DNA of 64,000 nt. It comes from Asterias rubens. Its lineage: Eukaryota. Positions 22,301-32,110 of the stretch are shown one piece after another. Below the pieces are notes generated by a model, which saw only the letters and a list, made by a program, of their open reading frames with translations, ran no database searches and was not told where the DNA came from. The stretch covers positions 20,584,001-20,648,000 of the forward strand of contig NC_047066.1 in NCBI RefSeq assembly GCF_902459465.1. The letters run 5' to 3'. The position numbers and the translations under genes were made by a program. The first letter of the stretch is position 1. Every line of letters starts with the position of its first letter.

Positions 22301-25125
22301 AGTAATGAGGTCAGTGGCTTCAACACAGACCCTACAAGGCTGTCGGCCATTTTATCAACTAATATGTAAACAAACAATGACAGTACTTACCCATAATGTA
22401 ACAGCCTGATCCCTCATGGCTTGATTAAAACTCACAAGAAACCTGTTATATTAAAACGAAATTAAAAAATAAACAAAACTACACACAATAATCTTATCAA
22501 ACAGGTCATGAAACTTTTAGTTGGTGCTTCAACAATTGAAGCTCAGTCAGTTTCCATAAATCATGCAATGACAAAACTGTTCCCGTTTCTGCTGTGCTAT
22601 TTTAAGTTGTCTGACAAAACTAACATAAAAACTGTACTAAAGAAATTTATGCAGATTGTATTTAGAAGTGAAAGTCAGTACCCAAAAAAATGAAAGTCAG
22701 TACCCAAAAAAATGAAGGTGAAATCTTGCATAATTGGTTTTATGTTTACATCTGGAGTAGCGTAATAGAAAATAGGAACCTGCATTAGTTACAAATAAGG
22801 GTATAAAAGGATGATCATACGTTTATAAAGCACAGTTTATACTTCACGCCAAAGCGAAGTGAATTTTGCTGATGCAATAATTGATACATACATGTAGGCT
22901 ACCGCTTTTCCAATAATGATGCAAGAAAATTTGCTAATGATGTTGAAACTATCTAAAGCTTAGATGTGGGAGGAAAACCCCAACTGGGGAAAACCCACCA
23001 TTCAGGTAGGAACTGAAACCCAAATGCAAGGTTCTGATCCTTAGCAGGATTGGCACAGCCATCTATGTCCCAAAGGTGAAAGGAGCGGATGAAACCAGAA
23101 CAAAAGTGCCCAGTAGTAATTTGTCTTTAAAATATTCAAAGCTTACCTTGCTTTCATTATGACTGCAGTCATGGTCCGTAATTTCTCATGATTCTTAGGA
23201 TACTCATTGATGTCTGTGCCACCAAACACTATGCCGTACGGTACAGGACACTCTGCAACAGAAAATACCCAAAAGGTCTTAGCACCTATGCAGTATAGAA
23301 TCTTCAATCTTTCTAGACATGCTAGATGCAGAAGCCATTTTTAAAGCACAGATATAATGACCAATTAGCAAGGGAATAAAAGAGTGGGGACAAGTTCTTA
23401 AACGACCGTTAAAAACCGACAGGGTCGTGGCTGCATGATAAAGGCCAAAGGCGGCGCCCGCACGGCCATGACCTTGTCGGTTTTAAATAAGGGAATAAAA
23501 GAGTAGCGACGAGTTCTTACATGGCCGTTTAAAGCCAGCAGGGTCGAATTGCCGTGTGATAAAAGCCCAAGGCGAAGGGAAGCGCACAGCAACGACCCTG
23601 CAAGGTTTTAAACGGACGTTTAAGAACGAGTCACTACTCTTTTATTCCCATTCATAAATGCCCTTTTGTTAAAAAATATTTTTAAAAATACAATTACAGA
23701 CATTTTGACAATTGAAAATTCGAGGTTTAAAATATTTTTTTTCAAAAACTTCGAAGAGTCTGTTGCGCGTGGGTTGTGTGTTCGCGCGCGCACTTAGAAA
23801 TAGATTACGCGCGCGCGCTTAGAAGTAGATTACGCGCTGTTACTAATAGCTATGAATTGCGGTCAAGGTATTTCCCCAAAAGAACCAGTCAATTTGATAC
23901 TCAGTTTCAAAGTGGGTGTGAGCCAGTACATATGTGGGAAGACTTTGGGTGCAATTACATGTAACCCTGTTTTCCTCCACAAGTGTCAAGAACGTAACCC
24001 TAACCCACATTCTGATGATAAAAACACCAGAACTTGAGTTCAGTTCACTAAACCGCTCTGCCTTATTATGCCAGGTAGAAACATGTGAAGCCTTGCAAAG
24101 CCTAAAAAATCTACATTTACAAAAAATCAAAATCTTACCAAGGAGGAGCCTGCCACTACGGTAGGCGTGTATGGCTAGCACACAGTCAGCTGCTGTCATG
24201 ACAACATGATGGTTGAAGTCAACACCACTGCTAAAGCCGTTGCTATCAACTAATTCACTCTCAATGCCATCTTGTTTAAAAAAGTCACTGAAAACATAAA
24301 ATGGAAGTGGTTAGTTTGAATCTCTCACATTTTGTTTGTGTTCTTAGAGTACAATTACACTTTTTAAATAAATATATTAGCAGGGCGGGGTGGCGGCCGG
24401 AAAGGGGGAGCGGTGGAATAAAGCAGCATCTTCACCAGCGTTTCTAACTGACTGAAGACTATGCAGGCAAATCACCGGGCTAACTCAGTGGTCTACAGGT
24501 ACATGTAAGACATCTGCTATTGCAATACAAAGGTCGTGGGTTCGAATCCAACCCGAGTAATTTGCCTGTGGATTTTTTTTTACAGAACTCTGGTAATGTA
24601 CTGATTAGATAAAGTCTCGACAGTCCTTATTACGCATCAGTATAAGGGTAAAAAAAAATATCATTCTTTATCCCTCTGATGCAAAAAAAGGTTATTATGA
24701 CAAATTATTTTTTGATTATATCTGATCTCTTTAGAAACTACATGTAAGGGCATCCTTGTAACTTTTGCTTAGCCCTGCACAACACATCCACTATGGAAAC
24801 ATTTGGGTCCCCGAGAGAGATTTACTGAGATCCTTCCTCACTAACAAAACCCAACACCATAAAATGGTAACTCAACAGCAAAATGTTCGACTCTTGCGGT
24901 ATGCACGTAAGCCCTTGCAAAACATAATTTAAGTTTACTTGTGCATACCTCAGTCCAACACAATCAAACAAAGAACATTCATTTTGAAAGGTTAGGGATG
25001 GCTGTGTGGCTATAGACGTGAAAATTGATGAGATTGATCTATTTAAAGTATGAGTACCTTATTCTATGAGCAGATGAGAAGTTCCCAGTGTGTGCCCTTA
25101 GTGCAGAAAGAACCAAAACCTTCAT
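15097..25125 (-). CDS. GLT1D1: Glycosyltransferase 1 domain-containing protein 1 (GT-B fold), complete: complement(join(15097..15246,17008..17106,17735..17855,19593..19686,20324..20470,21014..21050,22391..22442,23147..23252,24139..24287,25058..25125))
   Basis: Ten GT-AG exons sum to 1023 nt (340 aa + TGA). The protein matches human GLT1D1 colinearly: [77 protein letters not shown] (E-X7-E), ARNIPGN, TGLLY. Confidence 0.96.
16681..16863. mobile_element. Diverged copy of the GGCCCAATTTCAT (Harbinger-like) MITE family
   Basis: Left end gggcccaatttcatgaagctg; degenerate right end; shares internal segments with 21517-21696. Other copies near 32553-32853, 34617-34800 and 56987-57224. Confidence 0.6.
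17008..17106 (-). CDS. GLT1D1: GLT1D1 exon 9 ([33 protein letters not shown])
   Basis: cattgcag|GCT...CAG|gtcagt; 99 nt. Confidence 0.95.
17735..17855 (-). CDS. GLT1D1: GLT1D1 exon 8 (LPGVEM...[16 protein letters not shown])
   Basis: tgtgtgcag|G...GAG|gtacag; 121 nt; carries the E-X7-E motif. Confidence 0.95.
18020..18125 (-). mobile_element. Penelope-like terminal fragment with minimal hammerhead-ribozyme-like motif
   Basis: Minus strand reads CTGAAGA-cgagcag-agtata-ctgtttg-AAAC-GTC (about 18061-18106): CUGANGA core, stem II and GAAA with a very short stem III, the layout known for Penelope-associated minimal hammerheads. Confidence 0.55.
18405..19325 (+). mobile_element. L2-clade LINE, 5'-truncated, frameshifted RT C-terminus with (TTA)n tail
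   Basis: ORFs 18333..18818 and 18815..19177 give [53 protein letters not shown]; frameshift near 18730; ends acaagtc(tta)n. Lies antisense in a GLT1D1 intron. Confidence 0.92.
19593..19686 (-). CDS. GLT1D1: GLT1D1 exon 7 ([15 protein letters not shown]...VTAK)
   Basis: ttttctttttacag|AG...CG|gtatgt; 94 nt. Confidence 0.94.
20110..20281. mobile_element. MITE with 24-bp terminal inverted repeats
   Basis: agaccgatccattaggctccgccc ... gggcggagcttaatggatcggtct (1 mismatch). Confidence 0.85.
20324..20470 (-). CDS. GLT1D1: GLT1D1 exon 6 (VVTSP...[21 protein letters not shown])
   Basis: ctcttttag|GA...TCA G|gtattc; 147 nt. Confidence 0.95.
21014..21050 (-). CDS. GLT1D1: GLT1D1 exon 5 ([12 protein letters not shown])
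   Basis: ttttttgcag|CCT...CAA G|gtaagg; 37 nt; corresponds to human PHAKGKVYVQSQG. Confidence 0.88.
21517..21696. mobile_element. PIF/Harbinger-like MITE with 3-bp CAG target duplication
   Basis: cag|GGCCCAATTTCGTAGAGCTGCTTAA ... TTAAGCAGCTTTATGAAATTGGGCC|cag. Confidence 0.85.
21969..22348. mobile_element. MITE with 24-bp terminal inverted repeats
   Basis: ggccgacagccttgttgggtctgt ... acagaccctacaaggctgtcggcc (1 mismatch). Confidence 0.75.
22391..22442 (-). CDS. GLT1D1: GLT1D1 exon 4 ([17 protein letters not shown])
   Basis: aatataacag|G...TGG|gtaagt; 52 nt. Confidence 0.92.
23147..23252 (-). CDS. GLT1D1: GLT1D1 exon 3 ([16 protein letters not shown]...IMKA)
   Basis: ttctgttgcag|AG...AG|gtaagc; 106 nt. 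Confidence 0.95.
23372..23649. repeat. Long hairpin repeat (23491-23649, ~56-bp arms) preceded by a truncated tandem copy
   Basis: gggaataaaagagtagcgacgagttctta... and its inverse ...taagaacgagtcactactcttttattccc; the first copy (23372-23490) lacks the outer right arm. Likely the end of a non-autonomous DNA element; class not determined. Confidence 0.75.
24139..24287 (-). CDS. GLT1D1: GLT1D1 exon 2 (DFFKQDG...[12 protein letters not shown])
   Basis: ttttcag|T GAC...CTT G|gtaaga; 149 nt. Confidence 0.93.
24472..24660 (+). mobile_element. tRNA-derived SINE (second family)
   Basis: A-box-like taactcagtgg (24481) and B box ggttcgaatcc (24539), then a T-run and A-rich tail. A fragment of the same head lies near 13370-13415. 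Confidence 0.65.
25058..25125 (-). CDS. GLT1D1: GLT1D1 coding exon 1 ([22 protein letters not shown])
   Basis: ATG at 25125; donor AG|gtactc; upstream acceptor tttttgctttccacag just above 25211 implies a 5'UTR intron. Confidence 0.92.
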
Positions 25126-25649
25126 AGACAAGCTGTTGATTCTCAAGAATCATCATCAGATAGTGACCCAAGGGTTCACCAATTAATATTGGCTACTTTA
25201 CACTAGTCACTCTGTGGAAAGCAAAAAGTTGACAGTTAAACAATATACAAATAATTGTATCAGTACAAACACAGGCTGGAACCCTAAGCAACTTAACCAA
25301 TGCCCCTTAACCCACCCCAACACAATGGACATGTACCCTATCCCCATGGTTGTTATGATTAGGCCTACACTAGTAATAATTTATGATACGATGCAATGTA
25401 GGCCTACATTAAACAAATTAACAAATAGGCATACATGTAGTTCTTATCATTAGTTTTTGATTATGTATTTCACTTGTGAGTTCAGTGGGAAAATATGCCA
25501 AATCGAACGGCCACTTTTGTTCAGTAATCAGATTGGGTATGTTTCAGAACTGGTACCCAGCAAAGTCCACTTAATTGTTGGATGTAAAGTTGAAGTAAAA
25601 AAAAAAAAGGAGTACTGTATGTATGTGAAGCAAGTGGAAAGTTGTGCAG

Positions 25650-28600
25650 AGTAAAGAAGTGCAATTTAAAACAAAAATCCTTCAAGCTACATGTTGTGAT
25701 TTGAAGATGCCCATCACTGATGGAGTGGTGATAATGTCTGCAGGGAGTAAGCTCCAAAGTCTGCCTGCTGTGTGGGCATGAAGGAGAACTTGCAGATATC
25801 CTTTTAGGAATGGGTTGTAAGAAGCTGACAGTGTTTTGCTGAATGGTTGTTTCTCAGTCTAACATTAGACATGGTTGTGAGTAACTGGTGAATGAGGTAC
25901 GGCTCTTTATCCCTTCTAGTATTGGAGTGACGCCCACTGCAGACTCCTGAGAATTTCAATTAATGCTCTCGGTCCGGTAGGATGTATATGTAACTGCACA
26001 AATCTTTCTTCCAATGGTTTAAACCTGGTTGATGGCCGAGCAGTTTTCTAGATGGAGTCTCAAAATAGAGATGGTACTATCTATGCCTGGTCTTTCAATC
26101 TTAAACAACAGTGTCTTAGGTTAGCTTGATGAGTCCCTACATTCAGTTGGCTTTCAGGGTGATGTTTGTTTAATATGTGAGCTTTCCAGGAGAGCTTGGG
26201 TGTGAAGGTTAGACCCCAGATATGGATGTTCAAATTGGTGTCAATACGTCTATGCCTTGGTTGTACTCAAAGCTGTTTTGTGGGTACAGTGGGAGACTTG
26301 CATTGCTTGGAACTGGGTCGACTTGAATTTTATCTGCAATTTCGATGACCAAGACTGCAGTAGAGAACCAATATTTTTGCAGTCATCCTTGGTGTTACTA
26401 GGCTCGTCTAACGAACAATCATTTGTGAATAGACGATGAGATGGAGTCGATATTATAGATGAATGCAAGAAATAATAATGGTCCTAGCTTCGTGCCTTCA
26501 TGAACTCCAGAGAAAACATCTGCCCACTCCAAACTTTTGCCATCTACAAGTACCATTAATCGCTGGGATTGCTTTATAAGGAAGTTTTCAAACCACTTCA
26601 AGACCACAAACTTCAGGATGTAGTTTTATGGGAGGAGTCTCTGGTGGTGTACTTGATCAAAGAAAGTCTTGGAGAAGTCAAGGATGATGAAGCAAAGTGC
26701 TTTTCAGTCAAAAAGGGCTTTTGCAAAGTCATTGGCTGTGATGATGTGTTGCGACTCACAGGAACAGCCAGGATTCAGAATGTTGTTTGTGTGTCATTAT
26801 GATTCATTACTTAGCTGAAGATGATGATCGATAAATATTTTACCCTAGCCTGTACTGCAATCAACCGTCTTGAGGGAAGGTGAAATTTCAGGATTCTGTG
26901 CACACCTTCCAGATTTGAACTGCATGTTGGCTTTTTTCTTTATTGTCAGTGACTGTCTTATTCCTGTGTGTCATCAGGGCTGAAATACCGGTGATATTGC
27001 ACCACTTGGCTTTTTTGAAGCGCCACAAACTTTTCTTGTGTATGTTATTCTGATCATTCAGCATTGTGGATGTTAAGCATGTTAAGTAGAAGACACGAAT
27101 CTTGTGAACTGCACATGTACTCATCTGGAATGACTTGAATTGGTCCGAGCCGAATCCTAGAATTTGAGTTCTTCACATTCTTGTACATTCTTGATTTCTT
27201 CTTTGTTTGATGTAAGGAGTATCAAGCTTGGCTGGCATGACATCTTGTGACATTACTGGAAATGTTCTCTAATATTTACAGCTGGATTGCTCAATGGTGG
27301 ATCGTTGAAAATGCTTGATCTTGCTAGAAGTTCTTAGCTTGAATTTTCTTGTAGGATGTACATTGTAGGTCAACTTTACTTGAAACAGCATCATCACTGA
27401 TTCTTTCCACTATCTAAGTGCTCTTGGTGGATTTAGGACGAGTCGTAAAAATAAGGTCCAGGATGTTGCTGGTTCGATCCCTAGTTCTTGTAGGTCCAGA
27501 CACCTGCTACTCCATGTCAATACAAGCGATCAAGAGAAGTTGACACTAAGTGGTTTCGTTAAGCGTTTGCTTGACTGTGCTGTTAGTCCAATCAATGTCA
27601 TCCATGTTGAATTCACCTTTGAGAAGAATGACAGCAGATGGATCTCTTATATTGGCACAGCATGATGAGCTGTAGTGTATGTTTTCAGTGACCGGCTTAT
27701 TGTTGTAGTTGAGGTGAGATACCAATGCTTTCTTGCTGCTCGGCTTTGATAAATGGCAGACACTTTTCTTGTACTTGTCACCATGATCATTCAGCATACG
27801 GTTGATACACAACCAGTAGTAGGACTGAATCTTCTTCACCACACTCATCCGGAATGTCTTGAGTTAGCCCAAGTCTAGAAGTGAGTCTTCATTTCAACTT
27901 TCTTGTACATTCTGGCCCTGTTCAATGTTTGATGTACTTTTAGGAAGTAACAAGCATGGCTGGCATGAGATATTTGGAGTGGGATTGTTCTTTATTTTCG
28001 TTAGTATCATTGAGAATGCTCACTGAAAAAAGGGTTGTAAGATTTCAACAGTTCAATGTCAGACTTTACATAGATGCATGTAGCAGTCTCCTACTGATGG
28101 TAGGATGTACACTATGCGTTAACATGATCTGAGATTCCTTGCTTTACATTGGTGTCTCAGAGGTGAGAGACAGTGTTGTGTGCTGCTTGGCTTTGATGAA
28201 GCGCTAATATTATTCTTGTATCAGGATCCTTCAGCATGCGGTTGGTGAATGACCAAAAGAGGGCATCGTTTTTCTTCTGCACACTCATCCAATGTCTTGA
28301 TTTGGTCCAAGTCAATCCTAGACTTTTCACATTCTTGTGCATTCTGGCCTTCTTCCTAAACGACCAAAGGTTCCAACCCGTTCAATGCACATTAGGGAGT
28401 AACTAGCTTGGCTAGCATGATATTTTTAAATGTTAATGAATGGGAATGTTCTCCCTATTGTTTGCTGGATTTCTTGTCGGAGGATTATAAGATTAATCAC
28501 TGAAAAAGGGGTAGTGAAAGATTTCAACAGTTCAAAGTCAGATTTAATACAGCCATACATGTATTGACTTGAAGTAGATGAAGAACTTTTTTTTCCCTAC

Positions 28601-28885
28601 TGATGGTAGTCAATGTTCACTCAGAACAGTTCCATTATAACTGACTCATTCTATCTTAAGTGCCTTTGATGGAGTTAGGATGAGGCGTTAGAATCAGGCA
28701 CAGGATGTTGCTGGCTCGATTCCTACATGTAGTTCTTGTGGGTTCAAAAACCTGCTGCTCCATCATGCAAGTCAATGTCGTACATTACCCATTATTACAA
28801 ATGTTCAAGAGAAGTTGACAATATTAGAGATGCCTATTGCTTGACTGTGCTGTTACAATGTAGTCCAATCAATGTCGCCTTCGAT
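25650..28885 (-). mobile_element. Decayed CR1-type LINE complex with internal tandem duplications (endonuclease C-terminus, linker, RT)
   Basis: RT motifs SGVHEGTKLGPLLFL, RLFTNDC and LSWKAHI at 25650-26700. Endonuclease motifs GEFNMDDIDW and NILDLIFT near 27400-27700, repeated at 28640-28885. Linker block in three diverged copies (about 26880-27400, 27720-28130, 28130-28620). Confidence 0.75.
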
Positions 28886-28914
28886 ATCAGAGCCAAGACG
28901 GAGAAATCATCAGA

Positions 28915-29565
28915 CAGCGACGCAATCTGAGCCACAGCAGCCAGAAAATCAAAGAAGCTGTCTACACCACCTTTATTCGACAGCAGTCGAATACGCAGCA
29001 ACTTCATGGGATCCCCACACGCAACGTAACATCAAGAAGCTATAGAGCAAGTCCAACGAAGCTCAGCTCGATTCGTCATGGGAGGTTATAGAAGAACGAG
29101 CAGTGTTACCGCCATGCTAGATCACCTCGAATGGCCCTCTCTTCAGGAACGTCGTTACCAAAGCCGCCTTCAAATGATGTACAAAATAAGATTCAACTTG
29201 GTCGACATCCCTTGGAACACCCTTCTCACACACTCAACCACATCAACAAGAAGTCATGGCTCTCGTTTCACAATCCCACATACCAGCTCTTCAGTCTACG
29301 CCAGCTCCTTCTTCCCACGAACCATCCGGGACTGGAACAACCTCCCAGTTGATCCTGCGGTGTACCCGTCCCTTGACGCTTTCAAACTGGCGTTAAGGGA
29401 CCCCCGGCTGAAGTAAACCTCATCTCCAGCTTTTTACTCACACCTGTACATAATTCTATCTGCACCTGACACAAATTCCTGTTGCCTAAGTCAACACATG
29501 CGCTCACACGCAGTGCGTACATCTTCAACCATTTGAAGGCTGCACTTTATAAGGAAGAAGAAGAA
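28915..29565 (+). mobile_element. CR1-clade LINE 3' fragment with (GAA)n tail
   Basis: RNLSHSSQKIKEAVYTTFIR, YAATSWDPH, QVQRSSARFV, SVTAMLDHLEWPSLQERR, SFFPRTIRDWNNLP; frameshifted 5' part; ends tttataaggaagaagaagaa. Confidence 0.9.
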
Positions 29566-30028
29566 TCATCATCTGCTGAAGTACTGGATTGCGCAGTATA
29601 CAGTACAGACAGTAGCTACTATACTACACTAGGCATGAACACATAGTACATACAGGGGGGTCCCCATACAGGTAGCAGAAGAAGCTGTCACTAGCTACTG
29701 GCACTGCCATCGTGCCAAAAGAACTTGCCCAACTCCCCCACTGCACCCAAACAAAATTAATGTGAACTTGACTGTGTCAGTCAGTGTGTATTGCATTCAC
29801 AATACATTATTTACTTACACGTGTGTGTTGTGTCACTTGTGTGTACCAACCATCACGGCACACACAGCAATATCATAATATGGAACTTTATCTTGGTTTT
29901 AATCCACAAGCAGTTGTAAAGATAGAAGTAGATTTGGCACCTAATCTAGCTTTATCAAAATGTTAACACATTTAACTAATAAATATCAGCATATAACTAG
30001 TAAACTAGAAGTAGAATTTGTAACCTAC

Positions 30029-30460
30029 CTCCAGCCATAGAGTAACTCTATGCTCCAGCTTGCTGACGTTGACGTGTTGACAACATAAACAACAGCTGTA
30101 CGATATGACCTTCTTCTCATACTTCTTCTCATATGTATGTATAACCATAGCACAATTTATGGGGTCGGTCAGCAAGAGAACGAGGTGGTGCAGCCAGCCG
30201 CGCTCGCGCTGCAGCATGCAGTATGCACCGCACACATACATAGTACGCGCAGCCCCCCCCCCCCCCCACCCCCGAGAGGCACGATTTGTTTACTAGTTTA
30301 TTTTGTGGGCGTGACCAGCAGCCTAAAAGTCACGTACAGGAGGACAGCACGTGGATGATAACCATACTAACCAAACACGTCATAAACATTACCAGACAAA
30401 TTATGCTAATGAGCAAAAGACTGGCCAATGAAGTTGAGCGAAATTGATTGACCAATGAAA
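30029..30460 (-). promoter_or_regulatory. Candidate GLT1D1 non-coding first exon and promoter
   Basis: Strong donor GAG|gtaggt at 30029/30028; CpG-enriched segment; two CCAAT motifs near 30425 and 30452. It could splice to the acceptor at 25211. Inference only. Confidence 0.4.
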
Positions 30461-30731
30461 AGACTGTCCACTGCCACCATAACCCACGGCCATTTCATGT
30501 GCTAATTGTAAAACAGACGACTTAAAAAAAATTATACAACAACTTAATTTTATACTATGGGGCCATGTGCCAATACTCCGGGGAAAAATGTACTTTTTTG
30601 CTCGAGGGCAGTTGCCTTCAACCCTTCTCTAAAGCCACTCGAATGGTTGGACCAATATAATTGGAAAATTAACAGGCCCTAAATTACATTTACTTCACAA
30701 AATCCCCTAACTCACAAATACACGAGTGTAA

Positions 30732-31100
30732 ACGCTCTCATAAAACCGGTACATTCTTCAACAATATACATGACATAGCCTATCGTCCGTTTATTTTTTT
30801 CCAATAAAATTATGCCACTAAACTTCAACTACCAGTACGCTTAAATATTCTAAATATTCCTTAAAGGTCGTCAGACATGTTCGCAAAACTGTAATGTTGT
30901 TTTTGGACCAACATAATTGGAAACTAGGAGGTAAAAGATTACGTTATTTAAATAAAAAAAATCCTCGAAGTCAAAAACAAGTAAAAAGCGAACCGCTCTC
31001 ATAAAACCTGCGCATTATTCAACAACACAGCCTACCGTCCGTTTATGATTTTTGCAATGAAAGTATGCCACTAAACTTGAGCTACCGATACGAAGTCAAA
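30732..31100. repeat. Diverged two-copy tandem duplication (period ~260 bp)
   Basis: cgctctcataaaacc...gcctatcgtccgttta...tatgccactaaactt at about 30732-30850 and again at 30992-31100. Confidence 0.75.
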
Positions 31101-31659
31101 AGTTCCTGTGAAGGTTTTTGCACGGATAGTGCTGATATGACCAAATTAAATGTAAAGTTATAGCCTACAATTTAAAAAAAGGTTCGAAACAAAGCTATCC
31201 AAATTAAAACGCCGGGGTATGGTGGGGGGGGGGGGGGGGTTCTGTATTCTGAGGCAGAACCCAGTAAAGTAAATGAACTTTCAGAGAAAAATTTTGGGGA
31301 AGAGTTGTTATTCGTTTGTTTGTTTGTTTGTTTGTTCTGGAAGGGTGGTTCTCATAGTTATCAAAGCCTTATCAGGTAAACTTGTAAGGAAAGAGTACAA
31401 AACAAAAGTCAAACTAACACAGGTTATGTCCATGGTATATACATCTCGCTCATAAAGAATGTCTGGGCACTAAACAAAAAAAAAGGGAGAGAACAACATG
31501 TCGTATGTCTCACTTAAAATTTGTCAGTATCCATCTCAAAATACCGCCACACGTTTACGGGGAATGAATTTGTGTACAACTCACATCATTTTCAACAACT
31601 TTTCAGCTGTGGACTCACCCCTCCATTTGGTATATCTTGAGGAAACTTCTTGCAAGAAA

Positions 31660-32110
31660 CCGTCGAGGGTCGAACCACGTTTTCCTCCGCCGGTCAAAAG
31701 TCATCGATGGTCCCCTCGAAAAGTTTGACATAAACTTGTCACTGACTGCACAGAAATCTTGCACAAAATCCCTCCTTGTTTGTAGACTTCCACCGTAAAA
31801 CAACTTCGCTCATTTGACAAATCCATCTCACCGACTGCGTATTCCACAATGTCAGAAGTTCCTCCAAACATGGTAGAAATACCGCCTCCATGTTCCAAGG
31901 ATAAACACGTTTCCGTCAGGTCCAAAGTCATTGATGGTCCCCTCAAAAAGTTTGCAGACGGCACAGAAATCTCGCACAAAATCCCAGTTTCCTTGAAGAT
32001 TTCCACCGTAAAACGAACGCTTTGATAAATCCATCTCACCGAGTGCGATAGTCCACAATAAAAGTCAAAAGTTCCTCCAAGGATAACATACAAATGTCCA
32101 AAGTTCCAAG
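31660..32110. repeat. Diverged tandem repeat (period ~215 bp)
   Basis: aaagtcatcgatggtcccctc...cacagaaatct.gcacaaaatccc...ttccaccgtaaaac...aaatccatctcaccga present twice. Confidence 0.8.

Noticed and set aside
24945-24982. Alternative GLT1D1 start [10 protein letters not shown] followed by TGA and a donor (possible selenocysteine)
   Set aside because: The phase is incompatible with exon 2, and no SECIS-like structure was recognised in the short GLT1D1 3'UTR.
31701-32093. 130-aa minus-strand ORF
   Set aside because: Arises from the ~215-bp tandem repeat; no recognisable domain or splice support.
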